Assembly: GCA_045542115.1 (NCBI GenBank)
Contig: JAZQKK010000014.1
Coordinates: 338,790-402,789, forward strand
Length of the DNA: 64,000 nt
Reading direction: 5' to 3'
From: Eubacteriales bacterium
Lineage (GTDB): Bacteria > Bacillota > Clostridia > Oscillospirales > UBA644
Under the pieces are notes generated by a model that saw nothing but the letters and a program-made list of their open reading frames with translations, did not search any database and was not told where the DNA came from. The first letter of the stretch is position 1. The number at the start of each line of letters is the position of its first letter. The position numbers and the translations under genes were made by a program. This document shows, one piece after another, positions 32,106 to 42,140 of this stretch.

Positions 32106-33605
32106 TTACAGATTTTCCCGAACGAAGGCTTCAAAGGCGGAGGCACCGGCGGAATCTTCGGAAAAGACGGCGGTGTTTTTGAGAATTTCAAAGCAAACTT
32201 CGTTGATTCTTTGACGGATAGCCTCTTTTGCGGCGTCTTCCGAGAGTTGATTTCCGTGGCGTTCCAGCAACAGAGAAATCATATCGGCGTGAACCTTCAT
32301 ATCCTCCGCCAATTCTTCGGGACGATAGGGTTTTCCGCAGAGATACTGTACCGCTTCCCGGAACAGCTGGCGGTTGAGGCGGGCAGGGAGAATATACAAC
32401 CCCATCGCTTCAATTAAACCGATGCTTTCTTTTTTGACGTTATGGTATTGGGGATGGGCGTGGAAGATCCCGTCGGGGAATTCTTCGGAAAACCGGTTGT
32501 TTCGCAAAATCAGATCGATAATGTAACCGGATTCTGTCTTGCGAACCACGGGAGAGCAGGAGTTATGCAATTCCCCGTTACTTTCAGCCAAAATCCCCAA
32601 GGCAGGATTACTGTACCCCTTCCAAGCCTCCACAAACTTACAGGCCGCCAAAAGGATAGCGTCCCGGTCGTCGGATTCCAAACGGACGGTGGAGTTCAAC
32701 CATTCCAAAATGCTGACCTTTACCGGGGCATTGGGAGCGGAAAGAACGATGCGGTCGGCGGCAAAATGCATCGGCATTTTTTCCAAACCGCCCTGATAAT
32801 GGTCGTGAACCAAAAGAGAACCGCCAATCCGGGGCAGTGCGGCATTGGAGCCGATAAAATAATGGGGATATTCATCTACGAAATCCATCAACCGGCGAAG
32901 GGCGGTGGCGTTGACGATCATCGGCGTGTGTTCCGTGTTGATGATGATCGCGTGTTGATAGTAATATGCATAGGGAGAAAACTGCCAGAAGCAAGGCTGG
33001 CCGTCCAACGTCACGTCCATCGTCCGCAAGGTATCCCGGACGGTTCCGTGGCCGGAAAACCCTTCATTCTGCCGACAAATGACGCAGGACGGATATCCGC
33101 TGGGTTTTTGTTTCAAAGCGGCGGCGGATTTTTTATTATCCACCTCGGGCTTGGAAAGATTGACGGTGATGACCAGATTCCGCTTTCCGTCGGTAGCGTC
33201 CCACCGCAGATTTTTGGCAATAGCGGAGCGTTTTACATAATCGTTCTTTTCGCAGTAATCGTGGAACCAATCGGTGGCTTCTTTCACGTCAACCGCCTTT
33301 TTGGCCTGAAAAATTTCCTGTAACTGAGAAGGCCGCAGAGATACCGTATCCATCACCTGAGCACAAAAGGCTTCGGTCTGCCCTTCTTCAATGATATTAT
33401 GCTGCAAGGCATACTCCACAAGGGGAGCCAATATGGAATCCGGACCGGTCAGACCTTCCACGGAAGGAACCGGCTCGTCACTGCCGCAATCGTCTAACTG
33501 AAACAAAAACAGAAGACGGTTAAACGTATAATATTCATCCCGTTCCGGGAGCAAGAGATATGCTTTGGCATACTGAATAAGTTGTTTGAGATAGGTTTGA
33601 ATCAT
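32106..33605 (-). CDS. galT: Galactose-1-phosphate uridylyltransferase (type 2, about 500 aa)
   Basis: SGYPSCVICRQNEGF..., FSPYAYYYQHAIIIN..., GGSLLVHDHYQGG are motifs of Firmicute GalT. Confidence 0.85.
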   Translation of the reverse strand: MIQTYLKQLIQYAKAYLLLPERDEYYTFNRLLFLFQLDDCGSDEPVPSVEGLTGPDSILAPLVEYALQHNIIEEGQTEAFCAQVMDTVSLRPSQLQEIFQAKKAVDVKEATDWFHDYCEKNDYVKRSAIAKNLRWDATDGKRNLVITVNLSKPEVDNKKSAAALKQKPSGYPSCVICRQNEGFSGHGTVRDTLRTMDVTLDGQPCFWQFSPYAYYYQHAIIINTEHTPMIVNATALRRLMDFVDEYPHYFIGSNAALPRIGGSLLVHDHYQGGLEKMPMHFAADRIVLSAPNAPVKVSILEWLNSTVRLESDDRDAILLAACKFVEAWKGYSNPALGILAESNGELHNSCSPVVRKTESGYIIDLILRNNRFSEEFPDGIFHAHPQYHNVKKESIGLIEAMGLYILPARLNRQLFREAVQYLCGKPYRPEELAEDMKVHADMISLLLERHGNQLSEDAAKEAIRQRINEVCFEILKNTAVFSEDSAGASAFEAFVRENL

Positions 33606-33755
33606 CGGAACAATCTTCCTTTCGTTAATACCTTTTTATTATACCGCACTTTTCTCCGTTTGTCAACGGAAAACAGAATATTTTTTTGATTTTTCCAAAA
33701 GAAAAAGGAGACGCTCCGTCAAGAAGCGTCTCCCTCGAAAACCATTTTATTAAAA

Positions 33756-35456
33756 TCAGTCTTTATTCCGGTTGGAAAGGAAGGTAATAAACCAAAGAAC
33801 CACCAGCATCAGCACCAGGCTGACTCCGAGAACGACCCAGACGTTCTGAACGAATCCGGCCAACAGATAACCGACCAAAGAAACGCCCGCCACCGTCAGC
33901 ACATAAGGCAACTGGGTGGAAACGTGGGTCACGTGGTCACACTGAGCACCGGTGGACGACATAATGGTGGTATCGGAGATGGGAGAACAGTGGTCTCCGC
34001 AAACCGCACCGGCCAAGCAAGCAGAGATGCAGATGATAACCATCGCAGGAATTCCGCCCGCATCGGAAACGGAGGCAAGGTCGGCTTCAAACACACCGGT
34101 AACGATGGGAATGAGGATTCCGAACGTGCCCCAAGAGGTACCGGTAGCAAAGGACAGAAGCACGGCCACCAGGAACAAAATCGCGGGAAGAAGAATACGG
34201 ATAGCAGTAAACTGTTCCACGACGCCGGCAACGAAGGTGGATGCCCCCAAAAGACCGGTCATACTCTTCAAGCCCCAAGCGAAGGTCAGAATCAGAATTG
34301 CGGGAACCATCTGCTTAAATCCTTCGGGAATCGAAGCCATACACTCCTTGAAGGAAAGAACCTTCCGGCACAGGAAATAGATAACGTTGAGAATCAACGC
34401 CGCAACCGACCCCAGAGCAAGACCGTAGGATGCGTCGCAATTTGCAAAGGCGTCAATCAGAGAAACGTCTCCGCCGAACAGCCCGCCGGAGTACAACATC
34501 CCGGCAACGCAGAAGATAATCAGAATGACCACCGGAAGAATCAGGTCGATGACCTTTCCCTTGGCGTTGGCGTTGGCGTGTTCGTCTTCGGTAACGTCTG
34601 CGTGAATTCCGGAGAAAATATCTCCCTTCTTAGCATTCAGCTCGTGCTTCCGCATCGGTCCGAAGTCTTTCCCGGAAAGAGCAATAAACAGAACCATTGC
34701 AATGGTCAAAAGTGCATACAAATTATAGGGAATGGTACGGATAAACAGGGCAATCCCGTTGATGTCCGCCCCGTTGGCATCCTGCACGGTTCCGCTGACG
34801 GCGGCCGCCCAGGAAGAGATGGGAGCAATAATACAGATGGGAGCGGCGGTGGCATCGATGAGATACGCCAGCTTTGCCCGAGAAACGTTCTGCTTGTCGG
34901 TCAAAGGACGCATCACGCTACCCACGGTCAGACAGTTAAAGTAGTCGTCTACGAAAATCAATGCGCCAAGGCCGAAGGTGGACACTTGCGCGCCTCTCCG
35001 GGACTTGATACGCTTCGAGGCCCATTCCCCATAGGCCCGGCTTCCCCCGGCCCGGTTCATCATCACGACGATGATGCCCAAGACCACGAGGAAAATCAAA
35101 ATCCCCACGTTGTACGAATCGGACAGGTTCGCAATAAGTCCATCGTTCAAAATAGCATTAAACGCTTTTTCTCCGTCAAAGCCCGTATTGGAAATACCAT
35201 ACAAAATCCCCCCGGACACGATTCCGATAAACAGGGACGAGTAGGCTTCTTTGGTAATCAAAGCCAGGGCAATAGCAATAATGGGAGGCAAAAGAGCCAA
35301 CGCGGTTTCATTGAATCGGCTTTGATATTCTGCGGTTTCTTCGGCGACGACCGCTTCGGAGTCGATCACTTCATCGGCGGAAAAGGTCAATGCAAACGAG
35401 CCGACGAGGGCAAGACACAAAAGCAGGATCCCGAAAATGCGGGTCAGTTTTTTCAT
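33756..35456 (-). CDS. NhaC-family Na+/H+ antiporter-type transporter (candidate lysine-linked transporter)
   Basis: Polytopic membrane protein of NhaC-like composition. Start moved to ATG 35456 (MKKLTRIFG...) after GGAGGG. Preceded by a lysine riboswitch. Confidence 0.75.
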   Translation of the reverse strand: MKKLTRIFGILLLCLALVGSFALTFSADEVIDSEAVVAEETAEYQSRFNETALALLPPIIAIALALITKEAYSSLFIGIVSGGILYGISNTGFDGEKAFNAILNDGLIANLSDSYNVGILIFLVVLGIIVVMMNRAGGSRAYGEWASKRIKSRRGAQVSTFGLGALIFVDDYFNCLTVGSVMRPLTDKQNVSRAKLAYLIDATAAPICIIAPISSWAAAVSGTVQDANGADINGIALFIRTIPYNLYALLTIAMVLFIALSGKDFGPMRKHELNAKKGDIFSGIHADVTEDEHANANAKGKVIDLILPVVILIIFCVAGMLYSGGLFGGDVSLIDAFANCDASYGLALGSVAALILNVIYFLCRKVLSFKECMASIPEGFKQMVPAILILTFAWGLKSMTGLLGASTFVAGVVEQFTAIRILLPAILFLVAVLLSFATGTSWGTFGILIPIVTGVFEADLASVSDAGGIPAMVIICISACLAGAVCGDHCSPISDTTIMSSTGAQCDHVTHVSTQLPYVLTVAGVSLVGYLLAGFVQNVWVVLGVSLVLMLVVLWFITFLSNRNKD

Positions 35457-35477
35457 ACGGTTCCCTCCAAAATAAAT

Positions 35478-35693
35478 TTCAAACAAAACGTGCCGCGAAG
35501 ATGCTCCGCGACACGTTATTTTTGCAAAATCACGATAGCTCTCCACAAATACTGTGACAGTACGGCACATCTTCTGTACCGTCCCGGAAGCGGCTGAAAG
35601 GCTCTCACCGCAACCTCGGCGATTCCTCTCTTCTGCGCACCCGCCTCGGGCGTTTTTTCGCAGTCGGTAGAAACCGCACCTCTATCTTCGGCC
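35478..35693 (-). promoter_or_regulatory. Lysine riboswitch (L-box) with intrinsic terminator
   Basis: Minus strand begins CCGAAGATAGAGGTGCG (compare B. subtilis lysC GAAGATAGAGGTGCG). Contains GCCGAGG and ends ACTGTCACAG. Then AACGTGTCGCG-gagcatctt-CGCGGCACGTT plus TTGTTTG (35478-35517). Confidence 0.75.
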
Positions 35694-35708
35694 TATTCTG
35701 TTTTTATT

Positions 35709-35738
35709 AGTATACCATTGATAGCCACAACTTGTCAA
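35709..35738 (-). promoter_or_regulatory. Promoter of the riboswitch-nhaC unit
   Basis: Minus strand TTGACA-18 nt-TATACT. Confidence 0.55.
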
Positions 35739-35860
35739 GCCCATTCGGGGGATTATAACATTTTTTTCACATTTAAAACGGAGGACTCGAATGAACCGGG
35801 GAAACACCCTTGATTTTTAGAAGGGATTGTGTTATAATGAACCCATAAGGAAGTGAGATT

Positions 35861-36337
35861 ATGGTCAAGACCAATGCAATGCGGATGCTGGATAAGGCGA
35901 AAATTGCCTATGAGCCGAAAGAATACATTCCCGACGAAAACGACCTGCGGGGCGTTCATATCGCCCAGCAAATCGGTCTTCCGGCAGAGCAATGCTTTAA
36001 AACCATCGTGACCAGGGGGGACAAGACCGGACCGGTGGTCTTTTGTATTCCCGCAGACCGGGAAATCGACCTGAAAAAAGCAGCCAAGATTACGGGGAAT
36101 AAAAAAGTAGAACCGTTGCACGTAAAAGACTTACCGGGACTGACGGGATACGTGCGGGGAGCGTGTTCCCCTTTGGGAATGAAGAAAAAATTTCCCACCT
36201 ATTTCGACGAAGCCTGTCTGAAATTTGAAAACATCACCGTCAGCGCCGGAATCAAAGGGTGTCAGTTATTATTAAAAAGCACCGACGTTATCGCCTGTGT
36301 TGGGGCGACGGTGTGTGATTTGACGGTCACAAAATAA
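35861..36337 (+). CDS. ybaK: Cys-tRNA(Pro)/Cys-tRNA(Cys) deacylase YbaK
   Basis: 158 aa. MVKTNAMRMLDKAKI...FKTIV...GYVRGACSPLGMKKKFPTY is typical YbaK. Confidence 0.85.
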   Translation: MVKTNAMRMLDKAKIAYEPKEYIPDENDLRGVHIAQQIGLPAEQCFKTIVTRGDKTGPVVFCIPADREIDLKKAAKITGNKKVEPLHVKDLPGLTGYVRGACSPLGMKKKFPTYFDEACLKFENITVSAGIKGCQLLLKSTDVIACVGATVCDLTVTK

Positions 36338-36363
36338 AAACAGGTTGGAAGGAACAAAGCAAA

Positions 36364-37566
36364 ATGGAAGCTCTTTATCAGGCGTGGAACGCCGCGTTTT
36401 CCCGCTTTTTCTGCCCGGAAACGGAATTGTTCTACGAGTTTATTCCCGAAGGAGATTTCTCCGCTTGGTCTCATCTTCCATCCGTGAAAGAAATACGAAA
36501 CAACATACCAAACCCTTGTGGATGGGGTACGGGAATGGAGGATTCGACCCTGAACGGCGCCAGCGCATTGGATGCGGTGATCTGCGCGTACGAACTGACC
36601 GGGGATCCAAAACTCAAACCCCTTGCAAACGCACTGTTCCGTGGGCTTCTCCGGTGCTCTCTGCCCAACGGTTTTATTGCCCGCAGCATTTCGCCCGTGG
36701 ACGGCCAAGCGCACTATATCGAAAGCTCGCGGGATCAGTATACCCATTGGGTCTTTGGAGCATTACGGTTGTACGAATCTTCCCTGTGTGACCAAGAACA
36801 GAAAGCTGAAATCAAACGGGTTTTAACCGAAATCGCGGCTCGTTGCGAAAAAGACACGGACGAGAATGGAGAATGTCATTTACTGCGGGAAGACGGTTCG
36901 GTCGGAAAGGTCGGAAAACTTTGGGATGACGTTTCCGTTCACGAATGGTTTCGTCTGCCTATGTTTTATCTAGCCGCGTATCACGTTTCCAAGGATCCCC
37001 ATTGGAAAGAACTTTATCTCCGTTACCGGGACAAAGCTTTTTCCAATTCTCTTTCACCGATCCCCGAACGCTATAAGTGCTACGCGATTCTTCAAATGCA
37101 ATATTCCCTGGGGGCAGCGTATGACTGCGAAGACGATCCGGTCTTCCGGGGAAAACTTCTGAAAAGGATGCAAATACTCGCTCAGATCGGGGAACAAAAA
37201 GCACTTGCCGCGGCGGAATATATGCGCAAAGAAGAACATAGAAACACCGTTTACTATTCTTTCCGAAAATGGGACGAGATTTCCCCCTTGTACTGCGAAG
37301 ATTTCAACGGATACCGTTACGAAAATCCCGGGCAAAGCGAACGAAAAGAAAATGCGGCGTTCTACCCTATCCGCTCCGTGGGAGAGGGTGCTTGCATTGC
37401 CGCCCTCTGCCCCGGATATACCGTTTCGGAAGGTCTTTTTGAATCTTTAAGTTTTCTCTTGAATGAACTGGATTTTTCCAGATATCCAAACGTGTACGCC
37501 CCCCTTCTGCTCTCCTGCGGATACATCACCTGTCTAAAACACAGAAAAAGCAGCACAACCCCTTGA
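36364..37566 (+). CDS. Hypothetical cytoplasmic protein (possibly glycoside-hydrolase-like helical barrel)
   Basis: 400-aa ORF, no signal peptide, no firm motif. Confidence 0.6.
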   Translation: MEALYQAWNAAFSRFFCPETELFYEFIPEGDFSAWSHLPSVKEIRNNIPNPCGWGTGMEDSTLNGASALDAVICAYELTGDPKLKPLANALFRGLLRCSLPNGFIARSISPVDGQAHYIESSRDQYTHWVFGALRLYESSLCDQEQKAEIKRVLTEIAARCEKDTDENGECHLLREDGSVGKVGKLWDDVSVHEWFRLPMFYLAAYHVSKDPHWKELYLRYRDKAFSNSLSPIPERYKCYAILQMQYSLGAAYDCEDDPVFRGKLLKRMQILAQIGEQKALAAAEYMRKEEHRNTVYYSFRKWDEISPLYCEDFNGYRYENPGQSERKENAAFYPIRSVGEGACIAALCPGYTVSEGLFESLSFLLNELDFSRYPNVYAPLLLSCGYITCLKHRKSSTTP

Positions 37567-37591
37567 CAAACGATGAAAAGCGTGATATAAT
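37563..37591 (+). promoter_or_regulatory. Consensus promoter of the ileS leader
   Basis: TTGACA-17 nt-TATAAT. Confidence 0.6.
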
Positions 37592-37597
37592 ATATGA

Positions 37598-37880
37598 TAT
37601 ATTTTTAAAATTAAAAAACTGAACCGAAAAGCTGTGACGAAGACAGTAATTTCACACGGAAATGGAAAGCGAGCCGGGGACGGTGTGAGCCCGGTGCAGA
37701 GTACCGTGAAACGAAGATCCCTTCCGAGCTGCGTGCCCAACGGGTCGCAAACCTGTGACCTCAGTAAGTTCCGCCGGAATCCCACCGTAAAGGGGAAGCA
37801 TATGCACGTATGTGAAATGGGTGGTTAAGCGAAGTTTCCCTTCGTCCCGTTGCTGCGGGGCGAAGGATTTTTGTTTTTCG
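37598..37880 (+). promoter_or_regulatory. T-box leader (tRNA-sensing riboswitch) of ileS
   Basis: T-box sequence AAATGGGTGGTTAAGCG (37815-37831), then terminator CCCTTCGTCCCG-ttgctg-CGGGGCGAAGG plus TTTTTGTTTTT. Stem I elements (TGACGAAG, AGTA) lie upstream. Confidence 0.8.
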
Positions 37881-37910
37881 GGAAGGTTAAACGACTACGG
37901 AGGAAATGCT

Positions 37911-40900
37911 ATGTACGAAAAAGTCTCGGGCGATTTGAATTTCGTCGACAGAGAAAAGAAAATCGAAGAATTTTGGGCGAAGAACCAGATCTTCGAAAAA
38001 AGCGTGGACCAGCGGAAGGACGGAGAATATTTCACCTTCTACGACGGCCCCCCCACCGCCAACGGCAAACCCCATATCGGTCACGTTTTGACCCGGGTCA
38101 TCAAAGACACCATTCCCCGCTACAAGGCAATGAAGGGGAATTTCACCGTCCGGAAAGCCGGATGGGATACCCACGGTCTGCCCGTAGAATTGGAAGTGGA
38201 AAAGAAGCTTGGTCTGGATGGCAAAGAACAGATTGAAGAATACGGTCTGGAACCTTTCATCAAAGAATGTAAGGAAAGCGTCTGGAAATATAAGGGAATG
38301 TGGGAAGATTTCTCCGATACCGTCGGCTATTGGGCGGATATGAAGGACCCCTACGTAACCTACGACAACAACTTCATCGAATCCGAATGGTGGGCGTTGA
38401 AGCAGATTTGGGAAAAGGGCCTTTTGTATAAAGGCTTTAAAATCGTGCCCTACTGCCCCCGTTGCGGAACCCCCCTGTCCAGCCACGAGGTCGCACAGGG
38501 ATATAAGAGCGTAAAAGAACGGTCCGCCGTGGTCCGCTTTAAGGCGGTAGGAGAAGACGCCTATTTCTTGGCCTGGACCACCACTCCCTGGACGTTGCCT
38601 TCTAACGTTGCTTTATGTGTCAACCCCGACGACACCTACTGCAAGGTCAAGGCCGCCGACGGTTACGTTTATTATATGGCCGAGGCTCTGTTGGATACGG
38701 TTTTGGGCAAACTGTCAGAAGACGGTCCTGCCTATGAAGTTCTGGAAACCTATCAGGGCAAAGACCTGGAATACAAGGAATACGAACCCCTCTTCGCCTG
38801 TGCCGCCAACCTTGCGGAAAAACAGCATAAGAAGGGCCACTATATCACCTGTGACGGCTACGTTACGATGGCCGACGGTACGGGTATCGTTCATATCGCT
38901 CCCGCCTTCGGGGAAGACGACGCCAAAGTCGGTCGCAAATACGACCTGCCCTTTGTTCAGTTTGTAGACGGTGCCGGGAATATGACCGAAGACACCCCCT
39001 ATGCCGGGAAATTCGTCAAAGACGCCGACCCCTTGGTTTTGATGGATCTGGACAAAGAAGGAAAACTCTTCGACGCTCCCAAATTTGAGCACGAATATCC
39101 CTTCTGCTGGCGGTGTGACACCCCGTTGATCTACTATGCTCGGGAATCTTGGTTCATCAAGATGACCGCCGTAAAAGACGACCTTCTGAAAAACAACGCC
39201 ACCATCAATTGGATGCCCGAAAATATCGGCACCGGTCGGTTTGGAGATTGGTTGAAGAACGTTCAGGACTGGGGTATCAGCCGGAACCGTTATTGGGGAA
39301 CGCCCCTCAACATTTGGACCTGTGACTGCGGCCACCAACACGCCATCGGCTCCATTGAAGAATTGAAATCTCTGTCGGACAACTGTCCCGACGACGTGGA
39401 ACTGCACCGTCCTTATATTGACGCTGTGACCATCAAATGTCCCCATTGCGGCAAAGAAATGCACCGGGTGCCCGAAGTTATCGACTGTTGGTTCGACTCG
39501 GGGGCAATGCCCTTCGCCCAATGGCACTATCCCTTTGAAAACAAAGAAATCTTCGATAAGACCTTCCCTGCTGATTTTATCAGTGAAGGGGTGGACCAGA
39601 CCCGTGGGTGGTTCTATTCCCTGCTGGCTATCTCTACCCTGTTGTTCAACAAGGCCCCCTACAAGAACGTTATCGTTCTGGGACACGTACAGGATGCGGA
39701 CGGTCAGAAGATGTCCAAATCCAAGGGCAACGCCGTAGACCCCTTCGACGCCCTGCAAAAGCACGGGGCCGACGCCATTCGTTGGTATTTCTATTCCAAC
39801 TCCGCGCCCTGGCTTCCCAACCGGTTCCACCACGCCGCCGTCACCGAAGGACAGCGGAAATTTATGGGAACGCTTTGGAACACCTACGCATTCTTTGTTC
39901 TTTACGCCAACATCGACGGCTTTGACGCCACCAAGTATACCTTGGATTACGACAAACTGAGCGTAATGGATAAGTGGATGATTTCCAAATTGAATACCTT
40001 AATCAAGACCACCGACGATTATATGAGCAACTACAAAATTACCGAAGTTGCCCGGGCAATGCAATCGTTTGTGGACGATATGAGTAACTGGTACGTCCGC
40101 CGCAGCCGGGAACGGTTCTGGGCTAAGGGTATGGAACAGGATAAGATCAACGCTTATATGACCTTGTACACCGTTCTTACCACCTTCTGCAAGCTGGCGG
40201 CTCCCCTGGTTCCCTTCGTCACCGAAGATATTTATCAAAATCTGGTCCGCAGCATTGACAAGACCGCTCCCGAAAGTATCCATCTGTGCGATTATCCCGT
40301 GGCCAACGAGGCTTGGATCAACGCCGATATGGAAGGAGAAATGGACGAAGTTCTTCAAGTGGTCACTTTGGGCAGAAACTGCCGGAACGCCGCAAACATC
40401 AAGAACCGTCAGCCCATCGCCGCAATGTACGTGAAGGGCGACCGGGAACTGGGCGAAGATTACAAGGCCATCGTTGCCGATGAATTGAACGTTCGGGAAG
40501 TGAAGATGGCGGAAAACGTGAAGCAATTCCTCTCGTATTCCTTCAAGCCCCAGTTGAAGACCGTCGGTCCCAAATACGGCAAATTCCTCAACGGGATCCG
40601 CACCGCATTGACGGAACTGAACGGTTCCGAAGCAATGGAGGAACTGGAAGCAAATGACTGTCTGAAATTGCATCTGGACGGCACGGAGATCGTACTGACG
40701 CGAGATGACCTTCTGATTGAATCGGCTCAGACGGCGGGGTACGAATCCTGTACCGACAACGGCGTTACCGTGGTTCTCGACACGACGCTGACGCCGGAAC
40801 TGATCGAAGAAGGCTTTGTCCGGGAAATCATCAGTAAAGTTCAGACGATGCGGAAAGAATCGGGCTTTGAAGTGACCGACCATATCGCCGTTTACGTCTT

Positions 40901-41063
40901 CGGAAACGACACCATCGCCGACCTGTTCCAAAAGAACGAAGAAACCGTGAAGGGTGAAGTTCTCGCGGAAGAAGTCCGGTACACCGAACCCACGGCCGAG
41001 GAACACGCAAAGGCCTGGAACATCAACGGAGAAAACGTGACTCTGGGCGTAAAAGTAATCTAA
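37911..41063 (+). CDS. ileS: Isoleucyl-tRNA synthetase (type 2)
   Basis: PPTANGKPHIGH (HIGH) and KMSKSKGN (KMSKS). 1050 aa. Start moved to ATG 37911 after GGAGG. Confidence 0.95.
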   Translation: MYEKVSGDLNFVDREKKIEEFWAKNQIFEKSVDQRKDGEYFTFYDGPPTANGKPHIGHVLTRVIKDTIPRYKAMKGNFTVRKAGWDTHGLPVELEVEKKLGLDGKEQIEEYGLEPFIKECKESVWKYKGMWEDFSDTVGYWADMKDPYVTYDNNFIESEWWALKQIWEKGLLYKGFKIVPYCPRCGTPLSSHEVAQGYKSVKERSAVVRFKAVGEDAYFLAWTTTPWTLPSNVALCVNPDDTYCKVKAADGYVYYMAEALLDTVLGKLSEDGPAYEVLETYQGKDLEYKEYEPLFACAANLAEKQHKKGHYITCDGYVTMADGTGIVHIAPAFGEDDAKVGRKYDLPFVQFVDGAGNMTEDTPYAGKFVKDADPLVLMDLDKEGKLFDAPKFEHEYPFCWRCDTPLIYYARESWFIKMTAVKDDLLKNNATINWMPENIGTGRFGDWLKNVQDWGISRNRYWGTPLNIWTCDCGHQHAIGSIEELKSLSDNCPDDVELHRPYIDAVTIKCPHCGKEMHRVPEVIDCWFDSGAMPFAQWHYPFENKEIFDKTFPADFISEGVDQTRGWFYSLLAISTLLFNKAPYKNVIVLGHVQDADGQKMSKSKGNAVDPFDALQKHGADAIRWYFYSNSAPWLPNRFHHAAVTEGQRKFMGTLWNTYAFFVLYANIDGFDATKYTLDYDKLSVMDKWMISKLNTLIKTTDDYMSNYKITEVARAMQSFVDDMSNWYVRRSRERFWAKGMEQDKINAYMTLYTVLTTFCKLAAPLVPFVTEDIYQNLVRSIDKTAPESIHLCDYPVANEAWINADMEGEMDEVLQVVTLGRNCRNAANIKNRQPIAAMYVKGDRELGEDYKAIVADELNVREVKMAENVKQFLSYSFKPQLKTVGPKYGKFLNGIRTALTELNGSEAMEELEANDCLKLHLDGTEIVLTRDDLLIESAQTAGYESCTDNGVTVVLDTTLTPELIEEGFVREIISKVQTMRKESGFEVTDHIAVYVFGNDTIADLFQKNEETVKGEVLAEEVRYTEPTAEEHAKAWNINGENVTLGVKVI

Positions 41064-41069
41064 ACGTCT

Positions 41070-41100
41070 CTCCCCCGGCCAATTGACCGGGGGAGTTTTT
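41070..41100 (+). terminator. ileS terminator
   Basis: CTCCCCCGG-ccaattga-CCGGGGGAG plus TTTTT. Confidence 0.75.
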
Positions 41101-41115
41101 CCAAAGGAGAAGGCT

Positions 41116-42096
41116 ATGCCAAAATCCAGAAATCAAAAATTAAAATTGCCTTGCCTGATTCGGATTTTGAAAGAAAAAACCGATGAAGACCACGGTCTTT
41201 CCGCAGAAGAATTGATTCGAGAATTAAACCGATATGGTATAGAAGCGGAACGAAAAAGCATCTACGACGATATCGCACTGCTGCAAGACGGCCTTGGAAT
41301 GGTCATCGAACACGACCGGGCCAAGGGGTATCGGTTGGTCGAACAGGAATTGGATCTTCCGGAATTGAAAATGCTGGTGGATGCGGTGCAGTCCAGCAAG
41401 TTTATTTCGGTCTCCAAAAGCGAAGATCTGATTCGAAAACTGAAAGGGCTGACAAGCGAGCACAAGGCCCGGCAGTTGCAACGGCAAGTCACCGTAAAAA
41501 ACCGCATCAAATCAATGAATAATACCACCGTCTATTCCATAGATACCATCCACAACGCCATCTTAAACGACCGGCAAATTACCTTCCAATATTGGGGCTG
41601 GACCCCAAACAAAGAGCAAGCGGCTCGCCACGGAGGGAAAAAATACCGGATTTCCCCCTGGATGCTGTTATGGGACGACGAATATTACTATTTGGTGGCC
41701 TACGATGAAGAAAAGGCACAAATTCGCCATTACCGTGTAGATCGGATGCGAACCGTCACCCAAACGGAGCAACGCCGAAACGGCCGGGAGGCATTTGAAA
41801 AAATCGACGTTGCAGAATATTCCAGCGGCGTGTTCGGAATGTTCGGAGGCGAAATTACCCACGTAACCTTCCGTTGCAAAGATTCGATGGCCGACGTTGT
41901 CCTGGACCGATTCGGCCAAGACGTGATGATGACACCGCAACAAGACGGATTTCAATTCCACGCGGACATCAACGTTTCCCCGCAATTCTTCGGGTGGGTG
42001 GCATCCTTCGGCGGAGATATTCAGATCACCGCTCCGAAAACGACCGTAGACGCCTTCCGGCAACATCTGGCCGAGGCTCTGAATCAATATCAATAA
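41116..42096 (+). CDS. WYL-domain transcriptional regulator (HTH-WYL-WCX)
   Basis: N-terminal winged HTH (LIRILKEKTDEDHGLSAEELIREL). Central ...YRISPWMLLWDDEYYYLVAYDEEKAQIRHYRVDRM is a WYL-domain signature. Confidence 0.8.
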   Translation: MPKSRNQKLKLPCLIRILKEKTDEDHGLSAEELIRELNRYGIEAERKSIYDDIALLQDGLGMVIEHDRAKGYRLVEQELDLPELKMLVDAVQSSKFISVSKSEDLIRKLKGLTSEHKARQLQRQVTVKNRIKSMNNTTVYSIDTIHNAILNDRQITFQYWGWTPNKEQAARHGGKKYRISPWMLLWDDEYYYLVAYDEEKAQIRHYRVDRMRTVTQTEQRRNGREAFEKIDVAEYSSGVFGMFGGEITHVTFRCKDSMADVVLDRFGQDVMMTPQQDGFQFHADINVSPQFFGWVASFGGDIQITAPKTTVDAFRQHLAEALNQYQ

Positions 42097-42140
42097 AGAA
42101 AAACTCCGCAAGAACGAATCTTGCGGAGTTTTTTACGATC

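Noticed and set aside
33924-35597. 557-aa plus-strand ORF
   Set aside because: It is antisense to the well-supported NhaC transporter gene. The translation is low-complexity (G/R/N/Q-rich) with no motifs. It is a shadow ORF.
37711-37719. Assigning the T-box specifier codon
   Set aside because: Both ACG-A (37711-37714) and ATC-C (37717-37720) sit in the candidate specifier loop. ATC (Ile) fits ileS, but I cannot fix the loop register by eye, so it is left unassigned.
38715-41006. 372-aa and 335-aa minus-strand ORFs
   Set aside because: They are antisense to ileS (HIGH and KMSKS motifs on the plus strand).
41116-42096. WYL regulator as a marker of a defence island
   Set aside because: Its neighbours are ileS and an amino-sugar catabolic cluster (NagB-like, NagA-like, oxidoreductase). 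No nuclease, helicase or other defence-type genes are adjacent.
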